A DNA stretch of 64,000 nucleotides from a virus. The translations under genes and the position numbers were made by a program. Location of the stretch: positions 126,285 through 190,284 of IMG/VR virus record IMGVR_UViG_3300025117_000028; one strand, given 5' to 3'. Below the pieces are notes generated by a model, which was not told where the DNA came from, made no database searches, and was given only the letters and a program-made list of their open reading frames with translations. Positions 1 through 11,532 of the stretch are shown here, in pieces (positions within the stretch are counted from its first letter, which is position 1; each line of letters starts with the position of its first letter).

Positions 1-1800
1 CTAGCCCTTTTTGGTTGGTCAAACGACTAATTTTTTTTTAGCCTAACTCTCCACGCTTTTGCTTAAAATCAAATACGGTGTTTCCATCCTCAGTATGAGT
101 GGAAACTTCCACGTTGCGGGCGCCTTGGCCGTTTACCGCAACAATAATTGCCCTTGCATCTTCAAGGGTAGCAGTGGAAGCGAGTTCATACGTTTGACCA
201 TTGTAACGTGCACTAACCATAAATCCTCCTTTTGGTTAACCAAACTTCAATATACTATGATCTATAGTAAAAGTTATTTCATTTTTATCGATGGTGATTG
301 TGCTTACATTTAAATTTGGTGTTCTAATTATTTCTGGAGTAGTTAAAGTAAAATTTTCTTTTAGTGTTGGTAATAATTGTTTTAGTTTTTCGTTATTAAT
401 AAGAATGATATATGTTTCATTAACTTCTGAAATTGTTAAGTCTTTATCTTCTAAGCTAGGATAAAGTTCTAATATCTTTTTTTTTATGTTATTTAACATT
501 TTTTAACCTGATTGTAAAACTAAAAAAAAGATTGAATATGTAAAAAGAACTCCACTCAAAAATGAAACTACATACCATTTGGTTTCGTTTATTGCCGGAG
601 ATTTACTACTAATTAATTGTTTCTTTAACAATATAAGATTATATTTCAAATTTTCGTTTTGTTTAATAGTTTGAGTATATTCAAGAATAAGTAAATCTTT
701 TAAATCTTTTGTTTCGAGAATTTGTAATACTTTTTCTCTTGATAATAAATACCCATTATAAGGACTATCTTCTCCTTTTTGTAAATAAACTGGTTCCTCT
801 GCAAAACTTAAATTGCAAAAAAGAAATAATGAAATAAGTATTAATCGCATGTTTTTGCTTCTCGTACCTTCTTGATCATATCTAAAAGTAATTCATTCAT
901 TTCCCAAGACGCATCTTGATCTTTTTTTGTGAAGACTGTTAGAAGATATTGATAATCTTTGTCTTCAAGTTTAACATCTAAAGATTTAGATTTATCTTTA
1001 TCCCATTGAAAATGATTATTAGAACTTTCAAGTTCTATCTCTTTTGCTTCTTCTTCGCTTATTGTAATCTTTTTTAAAATTTTTAATCCAGATTCTAAAT
1101 CTTCTGTACTACCTTTTAGTCCTCTGACTAAAGAAGTAATATATAAGCGTTCATAAATACTAAGTTCTTTTATTTCTTTCATATAACCTCTTAGATTATT
1201 AATCCTAATTCTGCAATGGCTTTTTGTAACTCTATATATTCTTCTTCTGATACTTCTTCCAGCTTGTCTGGATAAATTAAATCTATAATATTCCAAGCAA
1301 AACGAGCTTCAGAGACCTTCATTGGGTATTTATTTAAATAAGGAATATTTGTTGTTCCATCTAATACCAAACAATATATAGTATCTTGATGTTCAAATAC
1401 CATTTGTAATCTTACAGATGTAATTTCTCCAACTTCATTATGGAGATATGGATATTTTAATCCACCAGGAGTAAAATATGTTTTCTTAAGATCCTTTTCT
1501 TTTGCATTCCAAATGATTTTCATTTATCCCTCTTCTTTTTCGTTTCTGGAACAGGGGCTTCTGTCACTTTACATACCATTTCAAATGTTGCTACATTGCC
1601 TGTTAAATCACGTACCATAGCATAATGAGTAGGTGTGCTATCAACGGTTTTGATGATATGAATTAGTCGCCACTTATTCTTACAAGCTTCACATTGAATA
1701 TCTGCCATGTAATCAAAAGTGGCAGAGATTTCTTGTCCACATCTAGCTTCTGAATTAGACCCTTCTTTATGTTTACATCTAAACTTTACATTAAACTGCA

Positions 1801-4770
1801 TTAAGCCTCCTGGTTAATAATATCCATTTCATCTTTAATATAAGAAAGCATTTGATTTTGGAAAAACAAATGAACATCCTGATGTTGTAACGCTTCAAGA
1901 TTGAATTTGTATCCGTTGGTCATTCCAACAATATTGCTTACTAACTCTCCAATTTCGGTTTCATGGAGTTTTGTGATCTTTAAAAATGTTTTTATTTTTT
2001 CTTCTGATAAATTAAACTTTTGTAATGTATTAATGACGTACTCAATATTTTCTTTTTTAAGAATATTTTTCAGTATGAAAGGCGTAAAGAATTTACTCCC
2101 GCCCTCAACATGTTTGATACCTCGGACTAAACAATCTTGAACTAATCTTGCATATATGAAAATTAATTCATGCATTAATTCTTTATCGATGTAATTTTTG
2201 CCATAGGTCCATTCGCATAAGCCATACCATTCCCATAATTGTAATGTTCCAAATCCCATAAGGGTTTTAGCAATGGCGCTGTCTGCAAATATTTGTTTAT
2301 ACTTATCATAATCAATATAGTACCATCTAAAAGGTTGGAAATCAAGAGCTGAATTACTTAGTTCTTTTTTTGTATATTGTTTAATCCAGTCTATCTCATA
2401 TGGTCTTAGGTTTTTATCGGGATCTGTAACGTATATCTTTTCTAATAAATTTTGTCCCTCAATACTACTAGGAGCTAATATTGGGAATATATCTCCGTCG
2501 CAATCGCTTTGGTCATTAAGACAATCCAATGGATTACGTAATATAATAGATGCGCAAGCTTGTTTGTCAATAACATCGTTTATATTCCAGCCTATTTCAT
2601 TTAAGTAATACTCAAAATCATCGGCTGTCATAATCTTTTGAATAAATATTTGTCCAGGCCATATAACTGGATTTCTTGTTCCACAATGATAGGTTAGCCC
2701 ATTTTCTATTACAAGTTTATTAAAAGTAGGATGAAAAATAACAACATGTGTGCGAGGAACTCTCCAATCGTAAAGTTGTTTTGCTGATAGTCCGAATATT
2801 CTAGTTGTACAGTTAGCACTTATAAGTTTATTCTTCCCTATCAATTCGGATTTGATAGCATCTAAATATGCTTCATGAGCATTTTCTATTTGTTTTTTAT
2901 TGGTTATAAATTGATTGTTAGTCTTTTTCCCTCTTAGGGATAAGAGTAATCTATTTGCTCTACTAAAAATAGTTGTGTAGCGAACTTCTCCGCTATAAAT
3001 TTCATCAGATAATAGCCTGAGCATATATGCGCTGGGAAATCTGATTGTCAATCCATTGTGTTTATAAATAAAACCGTTGTTATCAAAATTTAAAAGTCCT
3101 TCATTCGGAACTTTATCTCCAAAAGTAATAATCGGGAATTTAATTCCTTCCATCCATTGGAGTAAATCTTCATGATTGAAAACAGGAATGTCTTTATTAT
3201 ATTGTTGAAGAATTTTAATAGATTCAACAACGCAATCTTTCTTAATTTTATTATCTTCTTTCTCCATGAGATGAAGAGCTAATTCATCGTATCCATAATG
3301 ATGTAAATATTTAATAACTTCTGGTAGAACCTTATGATCATCTTTTACACGACAATATTCCGAAGCTAATTCTGTAATTTGGATGGGTAATACTCCAGCC
3401 CATACTGTTTTAGTTACCCATTTATTATTAATTTTTCTAACCCAAGTAACTTTTTCAATCTTAGATTGAATATCGTTAATTTGTTCTTCGGACATATTGT
3501 TAATGTTATACGAACTGCCTTTAACCATTGCGTCTAGCCCTAATTTTGCCAAGGCAATGGTATTATATTTGGCTTTGATACTATTATGTCCCATTCTTAG
3601 ATCAATAGGATATGTTTTGTTTTGATAAATGATATAACCTAAATCTATAACAGGTTTAGTCATGCCCTTGATACCTGTATCTGAAACTATGCGCGTAGAA
3701 TTTAAACGGGCACGACTTTCCCATATAACATGGTAACTATTACGATAGGTTAAATTAGGATGTACCTCTAATACTGTTGCAGATAACAATCCTTGAGGGA
3801 TATGAATATCTTTACCATCTTTATCTTGAGCGATAACAGTAGAGCTATGTACTTTTTGACCTACAATTAATGGTAATTCTATCCCATCGGATAATTCTAA
3901 GTCTTGAGAACGAATTGGTTTGACTATGTTTTGAGTAAATGAACGAGCAGCTTCAATTTCTCCGCCTAATAAATCGTAAGTAGTAGTATTGATTTCGTCA
4001 AATACTATTAAACAATTTTTAGTGTGTGTAGTTTCATCAGGATTATCTTCCCATGATAAAACCGGTTTTGACTGTTTGATGAACTCTATGTGGTCATTAG
4101 CTACACACGATTTATGCCTTGACAGGAGTTGAGAAGCGTTTTTATCAGTATTAAAAATAGTCTTTACTTGACTTCCCTCAAAGTCATAACCAATAGCTTT
4201 ATAATTTTTCTTATTTAAATAAAGAGTAAAAAGACCACGAGTGGGTCCACTTTCACTACCACATAGTACTGGTAGTTCAGTTAGGATTTGTTTCATGAGG
4301 ACAACATTAAGTGATTGCCATTCTGTGCGAAAGGCATCACCTAAACATTGCCATTTTTCACCTGTCGTAGGATTGCTAGGGTGAATGAACTTAACTCTGT
4401 TCTCAAATTTTAATTTACTGTTGTCAGAAATAGGGATACTCGAAGCGCCTATTTCAACAAAACGTTGAATATCGTCTTTTAATAAATTAATAAAAGGTAC
4501 TTTTTGTTGTAAAATTTGTTCGAGTCTTTGATCTAAGATTTGACAGAATATATCCTGGGCACTATACCAGGCTTTAGTATTGTCTGTAAACATAATCATA
4601 GGCATGACTCGATTACAGACAAATTGTCCGTCAATATTCATGGGGAGAGTAAGAGAATAAACTCCGTTCGGGGAAGTGAATAATAATTCTACTTTTTTAT
4701 CATTAATGAGATATCGAAATATATGGGGATAAATTTGAGCATAGTAATCCAGAAGTTTTACAAGATTCAT
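1801..4770 (-). CDS. Putative single-chain two-barrel (double-psi beta-barrel) RNA polymerase, beta/beta'-like cores in one polypeptide
   Basis: DQSDCDGDIF (2491-2505) matches the catalytic DxDGD; upstream GTRNPVI resembles the beta' NRxP motif; RIVSDTGIKG (~3664-3693) resembles beta K..RHGQKG. Start moved to MNLVKLL behind an AAGGAGG RBS. Confidence 0.7.
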   Translation of the reverse strand: MNLVKLLDYYAQIYPHIFRYLINDKKVELLFTSPNGVYSLTLPMNIDGQFVCNRVMPMIMFTDNTKAWYSAQDIFCQILDQRLEQILQQKVPFINLLKDDIQRFVEIGASSIPISDNSKLKFENRVKFIHPSNPTTGEKWQCLGDAFRTEWQSLNVVLMKQILTELPVLCGSESGPTRGLFTLYLNKKNYKAIGYDFEGSQVKTIFNTDKNASQLLSRHKSCVANDHIEFIKQSKPVLSWEDNPDETTHTKNCLIVFDEINTTTYDLLGGEIEAARSFTQNIVKPIRSQDLELSDGIELPLIVGQKVHSSTVIAQDKDGKDIHIPQGLLSATVLEVHPNLTYRNSYHVIWESRARLNSTRIVSDTGIKGMTKPVIDLGYIIYQNKTYPIDLRMGHNSIKAKYNTIALAKLGLDAMVKGSSYNINNMSEEQINDIQSKIEKVTWVRKINNKWVTKTVWAGVLPIQITELASEYCRVKDDHKVLPEVIKYLHHYGYDELALHLMEKEDNKIKKDCVVESIKILQQYNKDIPVFNHEDLLQWMEGIKFPIITFGDKVPNEGLLNFDNNGFIYKHNGLTIRFPSAYMLRLLSDEIYSGEVRYTTIFSRANRLLLSLRGKKTNNQFITNKKQIENAHEAYLDAIKSELIGKNKLISANCTTRIFGLSAKQLYDWRVPRTHVVIFHPTFNKLVIENGLTYHCGTRNPVIWPGQIFIQKIMTADDFEYYLNEIGWNINDVIDKQACASIILRNPLDCLNDQSDCDGDIFPILAPSSIEGQNLLEKIYVTDPDKNLRPYEIDWIKQYTKKELSNSALDFQPFRWYYIDYDKYKQIFADSAIAKTLMGFGTLQLWEWYGLCEWTYGKNYIDKELMHELIFIYARLVQDCLVRGIKHVEGGSKFFTPFILKNILKKENIEYVINTLQKFNLSEEKIKTFLKITKLHETEIGELVSNIVGMTNGYKFNLEALQHQDVHLFFQNQMLSYIKDEMDIINQEA

Positions 4771-5473
4771 GTGAGCCTCCTTTGTCGCACTCGCAATTAT
4801 CTTCTTCGTAGCTTTCTTCTGCATAAAGATTGATCTGACGTTTTTTTACCTTAGGCTTATTAGTATATGTTACTTCTTCTACTATAGCTTCAGCTAAGCC
4901 TTGGCTTAATGCATCTTCTGCCGTGAACCATTGATCTGTTCTTAACCATTCTTCAACATCAAAAACAGGATGGTTTACTCTTTCGGAAATAAGTGTAAGA
5001 AATTTTTGACGCTGATAATTTACTAAATGTAAATGATTTTGTAAATTTGAATATGTTTCTGCGGCATATAAGAAGATATCATGTAACATGATATGAGCTG
5101 AAGGGTAAATTAGTCGATGGGGCATTGATAGAGCAATAATACCTGCTGCACTAGCGGCTTCTCCCTGTATTACTGCTGTTGCATTTTGAGAGGAAAGAAG
5201 GATGGAATCTATTATTCGATACATAGCATCTACATCTCCTCCTGGACTATCTATTAATAATAATGGAGGTTCCTGAGGAGTTAACATAGATAAATCTTCT
5301 TCAATTTGTTCCGCTAATTCTTGGCAAATTTCACCATAGACTTTAATGGTTTTGTCATTGATAGTAATATGGACACGTATGTCATCAGGTACAATACCTT
5401 TTTCTCCGGTTTTTTTTAGTTCTTTAATTATGCTCTTTTTATAATTAACTTGTTTAGCATGTGTGTTAATCAT
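4703..5473 (-). CDS. ClpP-like serine protease
   Basis: IDSPGGDV, GEAASAAG (catalytic Ser), IMLHD (catalytic His), DQWFTAEDALSQGLAEAI. Confidence 0.88.
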   Translation of the reverse strand: MINTHAKQVNYKKSIIKELKKTGEKGIVPDDIRVHITINDKTIKVYGEICQELAEQIEEDLSMLTPQEPPLLLIDSPGGDVDAMYRIIDSILLSSQNATAVIQGEAASAAGIIALSMPHRLIYPSAHIMLHDIFLYAAETYSNLQNHLHLVNYQRQKFLTLISERVNHPVFDVEEWLRTDQWFTAEDALSQGLAEAIVEEVTYTNKPKVKKRQINLYAEESYEEDNCECDKGGSHESCKTSGLLCSNLSPYISISH

Positions 5474-6055
5474 GTCTCTCCTAAAAAAATTAAAAATCTA
5501 AATCAATTTCATCATCCTCTTCATTATCTTCATCGTATTCTTCTTTTTCTTCTGGTAAAGTTTCTTCCTCGTCATCCTCACCTAGAAAATCTTTTAGTAA
5601 TTGTTTAGTTTCGTCGTCGAGTTGATCAACTGTTGAAGATTTCTGAACTTTTTGCGGAGAAAGTTCTTCTAACTTATTTCCATCAACAGTAATTAGCCCA
5701 TAGTAACTATGGCTGACCACATAAATATCTCCAGTTTTAGCTGTAATTTCTACTTCGTCATTACCAGGAGGAAGAGTCTTTAGTCTGGCTTTGTTCCCAA
5801 CTTTCATTTTTTTTCTCACATAAAAGGTGTTTTATATTCAAAACATCGAACGATATTTCTATATTATCAACGAAGATTACTAAATCTTCAACTCTTTTTT
5901 TATACGATTGAATAATATTTGTAATTAATCCTTCATTTTGTGGAAGTAATTCCTCAAAAAGTGGAATAGACTTATGATAAAGTCCTAAAAATATTGGTTG
6001 TTCGGGATTTTTCATAGGTAAGTGGGGAGGGGACTCACCATCCCCTCCCTTCTCC

Positions 6056-6244
6056 TTAAATAGGATTTGTTGTCCAGCTACCATGTTTTGCGTAGCCGTT
6101 AACATCTTTCATAGCAGTTTTTTGATTACAATGGGGGCATGTGGTGAGATCCCCAAATTGTAATGTCTCATTTGTTAAAATTTCAAATTGTTGTCCCTTG
6201 GTAGGGCAATCTGAATTTTGACAAACAAAGTTGTAGATTTTCAC
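6056..6244 (-). CDS. FmdB-like zinc-ribbon protein
   Basis: MKIYNFVC..C...FEI...TTCPHC pattern. Confidence 0.6.
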   Translation of the reverse strand: MKIYNFVCQNSDCPTKGQQFEILTNETLQFGDLTTCPHCNQKTAMKDVNGYAKHGSWTTNPI

Positions 6245-6538
6245 TTGATCCCCTGGATATATTTTACTGTCGAGATCTCTTTACCTAGTGTTCTGCTCAC
6301 CAGTCGAGCACGAATAGATAGCTCCTTCATAACCCCCTTTTTATAAGTAGGGTTCTTCAGGTAGCTATTTTTCAGTAATTGGTCAGAGCATAAATAAATG
6401 GGCCATCCACAACAAGGACCCTCACGGAGAGCTGTAGTATGACCTCGCGCTTCGTTATTTTTCAAACGAGAAGTAATCATACGCCCACGACTTTGAAACA
6501 ATGAATTGCTTTCCTTCTTCTTCGTCATAGTCCTCCTA

Positions 6539-7069
6539 TCATGTGAACAGTTCTTCTGGGGTCGTAGCCCCTTCAATCAGATTCAGCTCCATTTTGCCCG
6601 CATTGTGTTGCGGTCTTTCCGGAGCAAGAACCTTAATCTCTTTGAGTAATGGGAGTGAGTCAATTGGACAATCTGCAGCAAAGCTTGCGAGTGTGCGATA
6701 CTTAGCCGTAGCGACCGATAGAATTGCATTAAGCAAATATGGGTCATTGATAACCCAAGTGGGTTCCCAATTTCCTTTGGTCGTGACAGTTGATCCGTCG
6801 CCTAAAGTACGACTGGTTTGAGACCTCCCGTTCTGATCTTGAGTAAAACGTGGTGTAGAATTAATAAAATAACTAGTTTGAACTACGTCGTTTTCATCCT
6901 TTTTGACATAAGATACGAGTCGCGCATCATTTAAAGTGATAAGCGATTCATCTACATGAAGTTGAATGTCAAAGTGACAGATGTTATGACGAGGTTTAGC
7001 AAAATCAACTGGAGCATTCCAAGTAGGATCCAACGTAAAGTTCTTGAGTGTTGCGATGTGCTTGTCCAT
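6539..7069 (-). CDS. Hypothetical protein, possibly ssDNA-binding
   Basis: Strong RBS (AAGGAGA), beta-rich core, acidic/aromatic tail PEELFT; function is a guess. Confidence 0.3.
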   Translation of the reverse strand: MDKHIATLKNFTLDPTWNAPVDFAKPRHNICHFDIQLHVDESLITLNDARLVSYVKKDENDVVQTSYFINSTPRFTQDQNGRSQTSRTLGDGSTVTTKGNWEPTWVINDPYLLNAILSVATAKYRTLASFAADCPIDSLPLLKEIKVLAPERPQHNAGKMELNLIEGATTPEELFT

Positions 7070-7816
7070 TGTGTGTCTCCTTGTTTTGTGTTTATCTATA
7101 GTACATAATGTACTGATAGCTTAGTCGATTTGAATTTCTGTCACTGTATCGGCTGTTAATGATCCCTTTTTTACCAAACGCATTTTGTTAATTTCCGGAT
7201 CATATTCGCACACAACAATATAAAGACCTGGATCTTGAGAAGAGATCCCTAATTCAATAGGATCAATAAAAAAATTATTTTCGGTTTTGTTAAATGCTTC
7301 ATGTTCCCAAACTTCTAAAAAGATGTCAGTTAAGTCTGCAACATCACATTCTCCAAATTCTATAGGATAAATACAATCAAATTCATTGTAAGCAACAGTA
7401 TATGATAGAGAAGTTTTTGTCACTTGATATAAATTACAAGCTAGTTGTAACCAATTAAGCGAACAAGAAGGAAGAATTGACTTAGGAGAATCCATTCCTT
7501 CAATATAAAAAAAATTTCGTTGAAGAGTCATATTGAGAATTCTAATTTCAGGAATTGATGCGTTAAATAATGCCCATAGAATTAAAGCTTCAGTTTTTTC
7601 TGCTGTTCCTTCACTCTCTTCTAAATATGTTAATAGAGTTACATGGTCTTTACTAGAAGGATGATAGTTAACTAAAGATTCAAGCATGGCAACTCCGTAT
7701 CAATTTCAAACCCACAAAAACGTTTTGTTATATCCAAAAAATTTTTGTCAAAGAAAACAAGGATATTATCTCTTAAAATTTATATCTGAAAATATTCTTC
7801 TTATAGAATTTTGATT

Positions 7817-8206
7817 TTAAGACATATCTTTTATACAGCGTACAAGATTAAGACGATTTTTATCTTCAGGATGCATAGGATAATTACGAATAATAGTTAC
7901 GGTCCACACCAAATCATCATTATAATAGTATGGAATTGAAGACCAAAAACTCTCTTTTTTCATTATATTAGTAATTCTTTTAGGTCCAGTTTCGAATAAA
8001 GTAAATAATTCCAATCGGGTAGGTAATCTTCCTCCTTGCGCTTCAACCCAATTTTGAGCTTCATACCAAGTCATTTTTTCTTTAGAGACAGGACTCCATA
8101 TTAATCCAGTTTGAGGATCTTTTTGCCAAGTTGCTCTTTTGTATTCTTTTTCTAGATATAACAATTTTGGTTCTTTATAAAACATTATATGTTTATTTTG
8201 TTCCAT
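7817..8206 (-). CDS. DUF1566/Lcl C-type-lectin-fold protein (paralogue without GC-rich VR)
   Basis: DPQTGLIW, MTWYEA, GGRLPTRLEL, FWSS, VRCI. Confidence 0.85.
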   Translation of the reverse strand: MEQNKHIMFYKEPKLLYLEKEYKRATWQKDPQTGLIWSPVSKEKMTWYEAQNWVEAQGGRLPTRLELFTLFETGPKRITNIMKKESFWSSIPYYYNDDLVWTVTIIRNYPMHPEDKNRLNLVRCIKDMS

Positions 8207-9463
8207 TTAAGATACCTCTTCTGTATCTACATAGTCAGCTGATTCTTTAGCTCTTCCTTCTAATACATTAAACTCAAATGACTTATACTTAAGGATATTT
8301 CTTTCTTCGACTCTTAAGCATACTCCCTCTTTAATATGAAGAGGAGTTAATATCGAAGGTGTTTGGCAATGGGTTTCACAACGTTTTACCAAAGAATCAA
8401 TAGAATTTTGTGTCAAAACAAAAGTTTCGAGTTCTGGTACTGGTTTAAGACCAAGTTCTTGGCAACGCTGTTTGACTTGAGGCCAATTTAATTCTATTTC
8501 TTTATCATCTGGAGTTACCTGAACAATACGATAGATATATGCTTCGCATGTTTGATTAGGACAACCATAATGAAATGGCATTGCTTGTAAATGGACATAA
8601 TCAGGGAATAAAGATTTATCTTTTGGTTTTATTGTAATAGGTCCTTGAATGGCCTTTCCGTTAGGCAAATAGCCTACGATTTCGTAATAAAGGATCTCTC
8701 CTTTTCTTAGCCCTGCTGTTTTAATTTTGTTATGCCAATCTTGGCGAAATTGATTAGATCCATAATATCCTGTTCCTTCTGGATTTAATATGGTTCTACG
8801 TGTTCCAGAAATATATTCCCATTTGGAATAAGATAAGTCAAATTTCTCAAGAATTTTTGTCCCCCAAGAGGGTTTATTAATCTTGATATATCCGGTCCTT
8901 GCGCTGGTTCCGTGCAATTTCTCGCTAATTACAATGACTTGTCCTTCTTTCAAAGAATGTAAATTCTTTTGAAGGTGAGTTGTTTCGAAATGTTCTTTTA
9001 ACATTTCGTAAGAAAACTTTTTCTTGTTTTTCTTTTTGTTGGTTGGGCCACTCATTCTTTGCAGAGTGGCAGGAGTATAATACTTTTGACAAATCAATTT
9101 ACCGTTGACAGTATCAATTAAATCTCCTTCATCAAAATCTGTTTTTCCTGTCCAAAATAAAGATTCTATTTTAGTCCAATAGCCATTACTTTTTTCGCCT
9201 CGTAGGGTTAGGGCTCTGACTCTTCTATTGTCCTCGAAAAATCCTCCCATCGGTTCACCTGTGGTAGGATCTTTGCGGTATAATTTATTAATAAGACACA
9301 TTTCATGCGAAAGTTGTCCATCAGGACCAAAGTAAACACCTAAATCTCCTTCTTTTGCATTAGCAAAAATAATAGTTTCGCCACAAACTGTAGCTAATTG
9401 TAATTTATCAGCGTTTGGGTGAGGTCTTACATTTCTTAAGGCTACAACTATTGCCGAATACAT
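8207..9463 (-). CDS. ATP-dependent RNA ligase, DRB0094/Rnl2-like, with N-terminal OB-type domain
   Basis: HPNADKLQL, motif I SEKLHGTS, YYEIVG, KEGVCLR, LKYKS; start MYSAIV behind AAGGAG. Confidence 0.82.
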   Translation of the reverse strand: MYSAIVVALRNVRPHPNADKLQLATVCGETIIFANAKEGDLGVYFGPDGQLSHEMCLINKLYRKDPTTGEPMGGFFEDNRRVRALTLRGEKSNGYWTKIESLFWTGKTDFDEGDLIDTVNGKLICQKYYTPATLQRMSGPTNKKKNKKKFSYEMLKEHFETTHLQKNLHSLKEGQVIVISEKLHGTSARTGYIKINKPSWGTKILEKFDLSYSKWEYISGTRRTILNPEGTGYYGSNQFRQDWHNKIKTAGLRKGEILYYEIVGYLPNGKAIQGPITIKPKDKSLFPDYVHLQAMPFHYGCPNQTCEAYIYRIVQVTPDDKEIELNWPQVKQRCQELGLKPVPELETFVLTQNSIDSLVKRCETHCQTPSILTPLHIKEGVCLRVEERNILKYKSFEFNVLEGRAKESADYVDTEEVS

Positions 9464-9474
9464 AATTTTCTCCT

Positions 9475-9726
9475 TTACAGTATTTCTTTTTGTAGTTTTT
9501 GAAGTTGATAATAAAAGTATTGCCATCTAGAAATATTTTTACCACTTAGTAAATATACCCCCCACTCATATACGGCATTTACTGTATATATTTCATTGGC
9601 TTTTAAATCACTTTTGCCATAATGTTTTTCACGGTTAGAAGAACATGAATAAACAGTACTATCTGTTAGTAATACCTTATCTCCTTTTTGGAATAATTTC
9701 CGATGATCAATTGTTGGACTGTTCAT
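9475..9726 (-). CDS. Small F.IGD.V (KOW/SH3-like) family protein, paralogue of 23762, 25218, 25461
   Basis: FQKGDKVLLTD...Y shared with three other ORFs. Confidence 0.5.
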   Translation of the reverse strand: MNSPTIDHRKLFQKGDKVLLTDSTVYSCSSNREKHYGKSDLKANEIYTVNAVYEWGVYLLSGKNISRWQYFYYQLQKLQKEIL

Positions 9727-10076
9727 AGCATCTCCAGTGTAATACCCAACTCTTTTAACATAGATAAGTCAAAAGCTTTTATATACCGTACTGGATAAAC
9801 AAAACTTTTTACACGACTTTGTATTGAATATTCACTAGAACATATACGATACATATAATCTTCACGAAAAAGATCACGCGATGAGGACCAATAATAACAT
9901 TCTGTAAATCCAGGAACTTTATCTATAAATGCTTGTCTTAACTCAAAAATTGTTGGTAACCTCCAGCCATTTTCTTCTGAGTCTTTGGCTTGATTCCAAG
10001 TCATTAGTCCTTGGGTTGGTCCCCAAACCCATCTGTTATTGAAGTCAATTGTAAAACCATTGATTTCTTTAAACAT
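9723..10076 (-). CDS. DUF1566/C-type-lectin-fold protein (divergent paralogue)
   Basis: MTWNQA, GWRLPTIFEL, YWSSS, PVRYI. Confidence 0.8.
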   Translation of the reverse strand: MFKEINGFTIDFNNRWVWGPTQGLMTWNQAKDSEENGWRLPTIFELRQAFIDKVPGFTECYYWSSSRDLFREDYMYRICSSEYSIQSRVKSFVYPVRYIKAFDLSMLKELGITLEML

Positions 10077-10085
10077 ATTAGATCT

Positions 10086-10340
10086 CTAAAATTTATTTTT
10101 TCTGTATTTTTCTGCTAAACGTACTAATACTTTCTTTTTTACAGAAAGCAATTGACTAAGAGGCTCATAATATCCTTGTTCAAAAGGGAAAGGGCTTACT
10201 TTCCCCGATTCTATTTGTTGATAATATGCAGGAGAAATATCTAAATTTTTTGCAATAAAACTTTGTGTCAAATGTTGTTCTTTGCGAAGAACTCGTATAA
10301 AAGTTCCAAAATGTATTGGTCTTTTCATTTTATTTTCCAA
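10086..10340 (-). CDS. XRE-family HTH regulator
   Basis: FGTFIRVLRKEQHLTQSFIAKNLDISPAYYQQIESG. Confidence 0.85.
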   Translation of the reverse strand: MENKMKRPIHFGTFIRVLRKEQHLTQSFIAKNLDISPAYYQQIESGKVSPFPFEQGYYEPLSQLLSVKKKVLVRLAEKYRKNKF

Positions 10341-10346
10341 GATTAT

Positions 10347-10724
10347 TTAACGTACACAACGCGCATAGTGATAAAAATCTTTAAGATCGAAGTTGGAGAA
10401 ACCTCTATTAAAATCAATAAGGTAAACACCACTGGGAAGAACATTACAAGATGTTGTTGTCCAAAACTTTTTATTTCTCATTGATTCGATGATTTCTTTA
10501 GGTCCATCATCAAATAGACTAGTAAGTTCTGATCTTGTAGGAAGTTTTCCCCCTTGTTTTTTTGCCCAATCCATGGCTTCGTCCCAAGTCATTGATTTTT
10601 CTGCAATTGGTCCCCACTCTAATCCGGTCGCAGGATCTTTAATCCAAGTTGTTTCTTTAACAGGTTGATTATGTTCGCATTCTTGACATAGTTCCTGTAG
10701 TTTTTCAAGTATTTTACAAGTCAT
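10347..10724 (-). CDS. DUF1566/C-type-lectin-fold protein with MTCKILEKLQELC leader
   Basis: DPATGLEWGP, MTWDEA, GKLPTRSEL, YARCVR; retains GCGCGTTGTGT at the 3' end. Confidence 0.88.
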   Translation of the reverse strand: MTCKILEKLQELCQECEHNQPVKETTWIKDPATGLEWGPIAEKSMTWDEAMDWAKKQGGKLPTRSELTSLFDDGPKEIIESMRNKKFWTTTSCNVLPSGVYLIDFNRGFSNFDLKDFYHYARCVR

Positions 10725-10735
10725 GATTTCTCCTA

Positions 10736-11140
10736 TTAAAGTCGCACACAACGCGCAAAACTTCTATTTGTATAATCCCAATAAATTTTACCTTTACTAA
10801 AAAATACATACTCTGAAAGACCTTTTGTATTAGGATGAGGCAATGATGTCCAAAGATATTTATTTTTCATTCCACTCTTAATTTCTTCTGGACCATTTTC
10901 AAACAAATCAATGAGTTCTACTCTTGTTGGGAGTCTTCCTCCTTGTTCCTCAACCCAATCTTTGGCTTTTTTCCAAGTCGTTCTTTTTTTTAAAATTAGT
11001 CCCCATTCTAATCCAGTTCGAGGATCTTTATACCATTCTTTCATTACAATAATTGGTATTTCTAGATCAACTTCCTGGTCATATCTTTTGCATAGTTTTT
11101 CGCATAGTTCTTGGAATTCTTGAAGTATTTTGCCTATCAT
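10736..11140 (-). CDS. DUF1566/C-type-lectin-fold protein
   Basis: DPRTGLEWG, GGRLPTRVEL, FARCVR; retains GCGCGTTGTGTGCG. Confidence 0.85.
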   Translation of the reverse strand: MIGKILQEFQELCEKLCKRYDQEVDLEIPIIVMKEWYKDPRTGLEWGLILKKRTTWKKAKDWVEEQGGRLPTRVELIDLFENGPEEIKSGMKNKYLWTSLPHPNTKGLSEYVFFSKGKIYWDYTNRSFARCVRL

Positions 11141-11532
11141 AGGTCCTCTATTATGAAAGTTTGTTCATTCGTTGAATACTGTAATTTTTGAACTCCGTTT
11201 TTTCTTAGAGCTAGCATGCAAATTTCACAAGGCCTAGCAAGTCCTAGCAAACCAGAACTTCGTAATCTATATACAGTAGCCATATAAGGTATTTCTGAAC
11301 ACCTAGATAGGGCATGAGTTTCAGCATGTAAAGTAGATCTTAATGGATGTCCTGCTTGAATAGCATATTGAGAATGGAAAGGATGAGTCTTGGTCATAGA
11401 ATTATAACCAATTGAAAGAATTTTTCCGGTTTTATCCGTAAGAATACAAACTAAATTATAATGTTGATTAGAAATATGAGGTTTAAGGTTAAGAAAGGTC
11501 TTCAGATTGTTCTTGTATTTCTTCATTTTCAA
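11137..11532 (-). CDS. Zinc-dependent cytidine/dCMP-deaminase-fold protein
   Basis: SIGYN, HAE, ARPCEIC motifs. Confidence 0.8.
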   Translation of the reverse strand: MKMKKYKNNLKTFLNLKPHISNQHYNLVCILTDKTGKILSIGYNSMTKTHPFHSQYAIQAGHPLRSTLHAETHALSRCSEIPYMATVYRLRSSGLLGLARPCEICMLALRKNGVQKLQYSTNEQTFIIEDL

